Part shown: positions 63,591 to 64,000 of the stretch, in pieces
How the letters are laid out: the number at the start of each line of letters is the position of its first letter
Position numbering within the stretch: position 1 is the first letter of the stretch
Assembly: GCF_003918875.1 (NCBI RefSeq)
Contig: NW_025765395.1
Location: 62,001 to 126,000, forward strand
DNA length: 64,000 nt
Source of the DNA: Haliotis rubra
Taxonomy: Eukaryota
Direction: 5' to 3'
Notes under the pieces: model-generated
The model's input: the letters and a program-made list of their open reading frames with translations, nothing else
What the model was told of the DNA's origin: nothing
Databases searched by the model: none
Made by a program: the position numbers and the translations under genes

Positions 63591-64000
63591 TCTGTCTCTA
63601 ATACCAAAGGAATAAATCTTCTAACCTATAAGCGAGTTGTCATCTCGGATAATCAGTCATAACAATGTGCCTCCAGTATAGCAGTATCCCAGCTATATGG
63701 CGGCGATCTGTAAATGAAAAAGAGGCTGGACCAGACAATCCTGTGATATACATTTGGTATGTACCAGAGTGATTAAAGCGTTCGTTCGTCGAACGCCGAA
63801 TACCCGAGTTCGACTGCCCACATGTGTGTCCCCTGCTGTAATATTGCTCGAATGTTGCACAAAGCGACATACAATCTGCTTCACTCACCCCTTTATATTA
63901 CTAAACATTCATTCACACCCGACAATGTGGCATCAGTATGATACGACAATACCAAACACAAAGCGCAATGGATATTTTGTCCAAACAAGGAATATCGGGA

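Overview
Eukaryotic, AT-rich, repeat-dense genomic DNA with two N-gaps. The tRNA-derived SINE repertoire is mollusc-like and suggests a gastropod such as abalone (inference). The dominant feature is a tandem/inverted cluster of about 12 copies of a small secreted cysteine-rich gene family resembling the C-terminal part of Brorin (VWC2/VWC2L). Exon 1 encodes a signal peptide plus a 10-Cys VWC domain ending in CP(N/D)G at a phase-1 GT donor. Exon 2 encodes a 4-Cys half-domain with a hypervariable loop. Seven copies look intact with an adjacent exon 2 (one is 5' partial at the window edge), and three are damaged. In the 48.7-59.2 kb block, three intact first exons and one decayed first exon lie upstream of a single exon 2, suggesting variable first exons spliced to a shared constant exon. 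The window also holds a two-exon secreted GH128 (Asl1-like) beta-1,3-glucanase gene and a pseudogene copy co-duplicated with a VWC gene. Other content: two decayed Tc1 transposons (one inserted into a TATA box), several MITEs and non-autonomous elements, four SINE families and several minisatellites. All calls are by eye and no searches were run.
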